From a virus, in the IMG/VR virus record IMGVR_UViG_3300036768_001501, positions 1 to 64,000 of that record: DNA of 64,000 nucleotides; one strand, given 5' to 3'. Below the pieces are notes generated by a model. That model saw only the letters and a program-made list of their open reading frames with translations, had not been told where the DNA came from and searched no databases. Below are positions 29,417-38,400 of the stretch, in pieces (position 1 is the stretch's first letter; each line of letters begins with the position of its first letter). The position numbers were made by a program, and so were the translations under genes.

Positions 29417-32400
29417 GTGGCAAAGCGCGAGGATATTAGCGTCGAGTTAGACGTATCGGTTACAGAGGAGCTTAATAAGCAAGCTACCAGTGTAACCAAA
29501 ATCTCCAGCGCCATATCGTCTATCAAGTCTGGCGCTCAGGAGGCTGCCGGTCCGATTAAGCAAATCGCGACCGACATGAAGTCTATTGCTACGAGCTCTT
29601 CTGATTTTGTCAAAAGCTTCGGCGATCTGCGCAAGGCTTTTGACGAGCTGAAAAAGCTCAATGTTAGTGCCGCCACGGAGAAGCTCAAAAAGGGACAGGA
29701 GAAGATTGAGGAGTTCACATCCAAGGTACGCGGCGCTGCGAGTGAGCTTGCCGATCTAACAAATAAGATCAGCAGCGCCACGTCAGGTATTGTATCTGCG
29801 TCTGAAGGAATCAAGTCTGTATCAACTGCTGTTTCTTCTCTTTCTACATCTATCGAGCGGGCCAATGCTGTTATCGATGCGTTTGCTTCGCGCGCTCGCC
29901 AATTGAGCGAGGCTGTTCAGTCAGTTGCTAATTCAGTAGCAAGAATCAGTGAATTAGAAGCCAAGACGCAGAGCGCCGAGACGCGGGCAAAGACTGAAAC
30001 CGCAAAGCGGCGCGCTGCTCGTCGGCGGCAGCCAGAACCAGAGCCAGAGCCGACGCCAGAGCCTTCTCGTGGTGGCAGGAGAATTGTTAGTCGCATATCA
30101 GCCGTCGGTCAATATGTTCGTACCGAGCCCGAGCCTCCTCCTCGACCGCGTCGTGGCGGTGCGCGCGCTTCTGCTGTGCAGCAATATTGGCATACCGCGC
30201 CAATGGTTACAAATGTATTACCGTCTGATGGCAATGAAAAGCCAGAGCCACCTCCTCGATCGCGTCGTGGAGGTTCGCATGCGCATACATATGTTGTGCG
30301 GCAATATGGGTACACAGCGCCAATGGCTACAAATGTAGCCCCGTCTTATAAGCGTACAAAGCAACATGGTGCTCATGAGTCAACTATTGGGCCTGGGCAT
30401 TATGTCCATGTGCCGGCTGTTATTTATCCATCAGAAAAGGAGCCTCCGCGAGGGTACAGATACGGTTTTGGGTTTGGCGAAGACCCAACAAAGTTGTATC
30501 CGATTATGTCCGAGTATGCCACAGAGATTATGAGTCATGGTTTGCGCAGGCGTATTGGATTTCAGCCTGGTGGAAGCGAGTTTGTTGTAAGAGAAGATGC
30601 ACCGTTGCAGATGAAGCAGCGACTTGCTTCGCCAAAATATAGGGCTCAGCTTGCTCAATTTCTGAGTCGTCTTGAATCTGGGCGTGCTCCGAGCGCAGCC
30701 AGCGGAACTAGACTTTATCCGACAGCATCGGCTAGCTTATCAACCCCTATCAGCATGCAAGCTGCTAGCTTATCAACCCCTATCAGCATGCAAGCTGGCG
30801 GTGTGTATGCCGGACCTAGTGATAGTGGCAGTGGCGGCGGGACCATTATGGGTCATGCGTCTGTGATCACGACCGAAACCCCGCGTCGCCGTCGTGGCGG
30901 TCGTCGCCCAAGCCTCTATCGTTGGATGGATGTTCGTGAGGCAAAACGTCGTTTTGCTGATTTGTCGGATCGACCGCTTGATGAGATTCTTGATCTTCTA
31001 AAAACAAAAGAAGAACGCGAAGCTCTGAAGAAGAAAACGCAGGCCGTTCAGACGGGGCAGTTCCGTATTCTTGACTTAACGAATGAGGTAGAGGATTTCT
31101 TTAGGGCTAAGCGCGAAGAGGAGCTTAAGAAGCTACCTAAGAAGGAACGTGAGTTTCGTTCGCCTTTCTATATCCCTGAGGAAATTGACATCACTGAAGA
31201 CCCAGTGATGCACGCGATGCTCAAGGTTTATAAGGACCTTAAGAAAGTGCCCGAAGCTATGCACTTCGTTGCGACTAGGGCACGTGAGAAGTTGTCCGGT
31301 GAGCGCGTACGGCAGTTCCGCGAGGTACTTAGTCAAGCTGGATTTAGCGAAGAGGACATAGAAAAGGGCCGGTTCCATGTGCCCTTTGTTCCTTTGTCGC
31401 TTGCTGCCGATATGTCCGATCGTGCTGCGTTGGCTAATATTATGCTCGGCGGCGGCGGCAGAAAGCAGGCTGTAATTAGCTATGCGTTGAAGCATGCTCC
31501 GCATGCTCTTACGCCAGCAGGTTCGGCGTTCACTACTGCCATTTTTGAGCGTGGTTTAGGTTCCGAGCTGTTTAGTGAAGCATATTTGCAGGCGTTTGCG
31601 CAGGCAAGGCCAGAGACTCAGACTTATATTATGAAGCGTCTTAGCTCATTGCCGCGCTCTAAGGAGTATCAGTACGCCCAGAGGATGCGCTTATTCTTTG
31701 CAGATTTGTACAAGCGCAGCCCAGAGCCGGCAGTAAAATTGATGCGTGAGCTTGGCCCAGCAGTTGAATCGCTGTCTTTTAGTCCGCAAGATATTGTTTC
31801 GCTTTGGAGGGGGATACGCTCTGCTGTTCCTGGCGGGCTGGAGAAAGTTAGGACGTTTACGGATTTCTTGAAATTCGTTGCTCCAGCGCAGCAGAAGGTT
31901 TGGTCTGGTACATTTGTCGGTAGAACATTAGTGCTTTCATCTGCTATCCGCGATTTAAAGGAACAGTACGAGAAAGGTGAGCTCTCGAAAGGTAATATTG
32001 AGGACCTGAAAAGCCTGGCGGCTTCTGTTCGGCTTCTAAGTCGGTCATTTAGAACGCCAAAAGAGCGCCAACTTTCGCAGCTTGAGGTTGGGAAGAGAAT
32101 CAATGATTTGATTGGCAAAATTACAGGCAGCAAATTCTACAAAGTGCTGCCAGCGAATGTGCAGCGAGACATTGATCACCTGATTAGCAATACTGTTGCG
32201 CCAATGCTTGGAGAGCCTGAGCATGCGGATATTCAGCAGCTATTTGATGTGGCTAGTGATATAAGGATCAAGTTGTTTGGCAGGCAGGCAGAAACTGTTG
32301 GCCAAATGCTCAGGCGATTATCAGATCATGCCAGGAAGGTTCTGCCGAAAGGTGAATTCAGGGCTTTTGAGAAGACTCTTGAGGAATACAGGCCAGCTAA

Positions 32401-35400
32401 GGGGCAGAAAGTTTCGTCTGATGTTGTCTTTAAGAAGATTTATCAAGATGTCATGTATGGCAGGTTCGGCAGTGAAGAGCTTTCCCAAAAGGTTCGTGGA
32501 GTTATGTCATCTGAATGGCACCGTGTGCGCACTGCGCATGATCCATTCGAGCATGCAAGGAAACACACTGGGGCCGATATTGTTGGTGACGAATTGAAGG
32601 ATGCATATATCAAGCAACGGTCATTGCATGCAATGACTCAGGATATATTCGACATCCTTCCTGGCCCAAGCCCGTACAAGTACTATGGAGTGCGTGCACC
32701 TCTATTTGTGAGTGCTGAGCCGTACGAAGAGCAAGCAAAGATTGCTCTAGTGACTCGGGCCAAGATGAAATATTTGCCAGCTTTCAAGGATAAGAATTTT
32801 ATATCCGGCATTGCCCGCTTGTACGAGATTTTCGGTGGCGTAAATCCGGCAAAGCTGATTGAAAAGGCAGAAAGCGGCAATGCGATCGCTGCGCTTGAGG
32901 CCAAGATGCTCTTGCCGAAGAAGGGCGAGGATTGGTTGCAGCACCTTGGCAAACTTATTCTTTCCCATCGCGTTGGAACATCGTTGGATATATTCGGTCG
33001 CAACATCAATGAAGCCATTCGGCGCCAACGCGAGGAGGCGCGTGCGATGCGCCGACGCATGCGCATGATGAAGAAGATTGAACAGGAAGCCAGGCGCAAT
33101 GATCCATTCGCAGATAAAAAGCTAGAGGCTGCTCTAGAGGCAGAAGAGCCGTTGAAGCGTGTTTTCTCGACAATGTATGGGCGCGCTGGCGTTAAGCTTC
33201 AAGAAAAGCAGCTAGAAAGACTTGTTGACCTGACCCTTGGTAGCGATTTCTGGGCTGCGCTACGTTACCAAGACGCGCTGGAAGTTCAGAAGAAACCAGA
33301 GCGTTTTGTTATGACCATGATGGAATTGCTCGGGTTTCCCAGCGCCTCCGTTGTTGGCATGGGTAAGCTGCCTTCGTACGAGCAGCTTGTTGAGAGCTTG
33401 GCCAAGCATGGTGATGCTTTCGTTTCTAATGCAATCGGGATTAGCAGAGATGTTGAGCGCGAGCTTCAAATGCTTGGTCTCGGTAATATTATTGCAAATG
33501 AGGTCTCTAAGGCTTCCGGCACGGAAGAGGCGGCTAAGAAGGATCGAAGCCGCAAGAAGGAAGTTGGCGCTGCGGAACTTACGCCGTCTGAGAGTGATGC
33601 CAGCAAGATTAAGAGAGCTCTGCGCAACAAGGGTACAAAGCTTAGTAAAAAGACTGCAAACATTCCGCTCACTGCCCAAGAGCTTATCGAGATGGCAGCT
33701 AATCTTGGTAAGGGGCGGCGGTCTATCCCTGAAGGCGTAGATATTGAGTCTGCATTTGAACAAAGGAAAAAGAATATCGCTGAGTTTGCGTCCTTGCTTG
33801 GTATTGATCCTAAGTCCCAAGCCGGTCAGAAGCGCTTGAAGGGCTGGGAGGAGTACCTTGAGAAGCTGAAGGAATCTGGCAACATATCTCAGCTAGTATT
33901 TCCGAACGTCGCTGAATGGCTTTTAGCAAGCGGTGTACGCGGAAGGCCGACGCCAGAAGTGGAGGAAATGAATCTGCGCATTGCCTCCTGGCTTCATGAG
34001 CACGGTCTGCTGGCTGGTACAAGCAATACGATTCTCAGGTGGCGGAAATTTTTTGAAGAGCAAGGTGGCCAGGTCACCAATGCTATTGCAAGCCAGATGA
34101 TTAAGCCTAGCAAGCCAAGCGGCCCGCAGGCGTCTGCTGTATTTACGCCAATGATGGCCGGCGGCATGTATTCTGGAATGCCGAGTGGCGGCATGTCAAT
34201 GGTTGGCGAAGGTACTTATTCGACTGGCCCGACGATGCAGTTTGGGCAATATAGCTTTACTCCGTACGCCGAGTCCGGAAGTCCGCGAGCTATGGCTGCA
34301 GGTGGTGGCGGTGGCAAGGGCGGCGGTGGCAAGGGCGGCGGAAAGAAAGGTGGTGGCTTCTTTGGATTTTTTGGTGGCGGCGGCGGCGATGACGATGGTG
34401 GAGACGATGAGGAAGAAAAGGAGCCACCTAAGAAGCAAAAGCGCGGACGCAAGAAGAAATCGAGTGAAGAAGAGATAGATTGGACTGCTCCGCGTAGCGC
34501 GACTGGCGATAAGACCATTGATTTTATTGTCGATCGCGTCACCAAGATGGTCAGCGCAATTCGTAAGCCAGAGCTTACGATGCCAGGATCGCAGGAGTCG
34601 TTTTTCCGTGAAATTGTGATGCCTGCGATCGAGGTGCTGAACGCACTTGGTGTTTCAGGGAAGCCTGTTTCCGGCCCATTGAAAGGTCGTGCTGGCAAGA
34701 AGCTGAAGAACCAGCTCAAGCAGATGGGGATCGATGTCGAGAAGATGAGTGACATCGATTTGGGCATTATTGCCGGCATGCCCAAAGATTTGTTTGATTA
34801 TCTCAAGTATCTTTTCAAGACTACGCCAGCAACGCCACGCCAACGGTCTCGTGCCAGCGAGTCGTTGGAGCATATTACCGAGACTGCGATTTTGCAGGGC
34901 AAAGTTGCTGGTGGCGAGGTAGACCTGTACCCGTGGCAAATGCAGACCATCAAGCGCCTTGCGTCTTTGCTTGGCCCAGAGGTTGGGCAATTTGCGTACG
35001 GTCTGTTCCAGATGGGCAACATGTTCAAGACGCTGACGCAGGCAAGCCAGTTGGCTGCATCGAGCCCGTCGCCATACCTGTACGAAAAGCGCGTTACGAC
35101 AGGCCCAGCTAAGCAAACTTATATAAAGGCTCGGCGCGGGAAGGCGATGGCTTCGGCTGCAGATTTGATTGCCAAGGCGGAGTCTCAGGCCGAAGCATTC
35201 AGAATGATTTCAGAAGGTGCGTCACTGCTGCCGCCTAAAGACCTAGCAAAGGCCATAGAAACATACATGAAGACAGGTGATGAGGAGGTCTTCAAGCAGA
35301 CAGTCGATTCCATGTTACGTCGTGAATCGGCTAAGACGCAGTACGAGCAGAAGATTCTACAGAAGCGCAATGTTGTTGATGAGCTTAAGCGAATCGAATT

Positions 35401-38400
35401 GACCAAAAAGGCTGTAGAGATGATTCGCAGCGGCAAAACCAAGCTGCGCGATGTTGATGATGTTGTGAAATATCTAGAAATCAAAGAGGAGTACGGAAAA
35501 GAGGTTGGGAAGCAGTTCTACGATGAATTAGTGAAACAACAGGAAGCACTAGATGCCCTTACCAAGGAGCGCAAGCAGCGCCTTGAGGCGCAGAAAAAGG
35601 TAGATGAACAGAAGCGCAAGACTAAGGAAGCAATCGAGAAGGCTAAGCGTGCGCGCGAAGAGGAAATCCTACCATCCGAGGCGGCTCGTCAATGGCAAGA
35701 GCTGGCTCAGTTTGGGAAGCCTCTTTATTTCGGTCGCCGTAGATTTACTCGGCAGTACTTCGAGCGCGAGTTTGGCGTAGATTTTGCTCGGTTTATCCCA
35801 ACTGAAGAACACATTGATGCGCTTGTGCGATTGCGCAAGTTGCAGGCCGAGGCCGGATCTGTTGCTGCTGCTCGGGAGGCGGAGAAGACATTCAGTGCTC
35901 TTTTTGCCACGCAGCGGCAGCGCGAAATGATGGTTGATTGGAAACGGCGTCGGCGCGAAATTGAGCGTGAGCAGCTTGAGGCGGATCGCTTGCAGCGGGA
36001 GATGGAAATCAACCGGCAAGCAATGGAAAACATCCGCCTCCGCAAGACTCCGCTAAAAGATTTGCGCCTAGAGACGCAAGCTGTGCGCATCGAGATGGCT
36101 GCAAGGCGTGCCGGCTATTCTGAGGAAGAAGTGCGTCAGAGAGGCGCAAGTTTTCGCCAGACAGCTATTCAGTACGAGCGTGAGCAAACGCACTTCCGTC
36201 GCTTGAAAATCTCTTGGGAAGAATTGCTCCGGTACATGGGCCGCGTGTTTATTGGCTTGCAAGCATTCGACATGCTCCGTCGGGCCATCGATGTGGCAAC
36301 AAACGTAACATTTGGATTTGCGCGGCAAATGCAAGATTTGCGCATTGGTGTTGTTAGTTCAGTTACTGCACTGAATAGATTTACAGTCGGCGGTCGCGGT
36401 GCCGAATTCGGTATGCGCGAACAGGTGCAGCTAGCAGCCAGCGAAACGCAGGGAACTATCATGTTAATGAAGCAATATGCTTTGAAGTTCGGCGTACCGC
36501 TGGATCAATTGCTTGAGGGCTACCAAACGGCAGCCGGCGTGGCAAGGCAAGCTGGGTTCACTGGCCCAAATGTGGTCAAGGCTATCAGCTCCTTGGTTGC
36601 GTTCTCCCAAGCGATGAACATCAGTATGAGCACGTTGGCCCGCACGATCGATAACGTGTTCACTGGCCAGCGTGTTGCTCAGGTAACGCTTGGTCGCATG
36701 CTCGGCTTGTCCGAGAGGAAAGTGCGCGAGCTTGTCGCCAAGGGCACTTTCCGTGAAGAACTTATGCGCCGCTTGGAGCCGGTAGCAGAAGCTGTTCAGC
36801 AGATGGGTGATACGAGCATTCGTGTGCAATCTGCTCGTACGCTGTCTGCTATGATGATTTACTTCAATCAATTTACTCAGCCGGTTATGGATGTGGTTGC
36901 GCGTGGTATTGGCATTGCCGGTGCGCCGTTCAAGAGCCTTGCTAATGAGATGATTCTGAAGGAGGCGCTATATCCTGATCGTAGTTTCTTGTCGAAATCG
37001 TTTGACTACGGGCGGGATTTCATGCTCCCGATGGGAGCTACGATTGGTAGCATTGTGATTTCGCGCGTTATTACCCACGCCATGCGCAATGCCGCTATGG
37101 AGGCCGCAAAGCAGGTTGGTGGAGCAGCAACTGGCGGCTTGATGTCTAGGCTTATAGCTTATGTACTTGGCGCCGGTGCTGGTGCTGCTGGTGGTGGTAT
37201 TTTGCGAAGCGCGATGGCGCGCATTGCTGGGTTCTCTTTGACTAGATTTATTGCTTCAAGGCCGCTGTTGGCGCTGCTTAGTGGAGCACTAACCAGTGGT
37301 GGCGTTCTTATGCCGCAGATTCTGTTAACGATGCTGCTTACCGGCGGGACGCTCGGGTTGACGTACTTGCTATCAAGGTCGCGATCGCAGAAACTGAGCG
37401 GTGAAAATTTGGCTGAAGCTGTATCGATTGCTCTGAATGAGGAAGCCCGTAAGGCCGTGTTGGAGAATCGCGGGATGGACGTTGTTCGGAGCAAGATGGG
37501 CATTTACGGCCCCACTCAGGGTGCGCCCGAAGCTCGGCCTTCGTCTTCTGCCCTATATGGGCTTTTGCCGCTCCCTGGGCCTGGGTATTTGCACCCGTCG
37601 CCGACGCCTACCCCAACTCCCGCCATTACAGCTACCAGTACTCCTACTGTTACCCCTACTGCTACCCCTACTGTTACGCCGACGTCGCCACCTGGTGGTA
37701 CTGCGGTTGATTTGTCAGCCGAGGGCGGTGAACCAAGCAAAGAAGTAAAGTCTGTGTCGCAACTGCTCGATAGCGCGGGGAAGATTAAAGAGAAGCTTGA
37801 AGGAGACAGGGAGCAGTACGAGCAATCTGTTTTACGTGGGCTAGCGATACCTGTTGAAGTTATGAAGGTAACGCAGCAACATATTCAGGAGGGTCAGAAT
37901 AAACTTGCTGCATTGAATGCCCTCTTGGAGCGCTTGCGGGAAAGCAGTGATGCAAATGCCCAGGCTACTGCGAACAAGCTAGAAGGAATTGTTGGCAGCC
38001 TGTCTACAGCGCTTTCGCAGTTCAGCGATACGATCTATGACGCTGAGGAGCTGGTTAAGCTTGAAACAGAGGCTCTTAGGTCTAGAGCCGCTGCCGCTAA
38101 GGCGCGTGGGCAGCTTGCCATTGCTCGTGCTCAGTACAAGGCACAGCGCGGGTTTGCTGTTAGCCCAGAGGAGTGGAGACAGGCAATTGAAACAGGCCGT
38201 CTGGCTGAAATTCCTCTTGTGGAAGAGGAGTTGAGGCGTACGCTTGAGGCTCTGCCTGATGAATTCAAGTCACTTAGCGCGCCTCCGTCTATGGAGCAGA
38301 TGAGAGATTACATTCAGAGGAGAGAAGAAGCAAAAAAAGCTGCCCAGGCCGGCGGCAATCTCTCTCGTGAATATATCGATCGAGAGGCAAGGAGGCTGTA

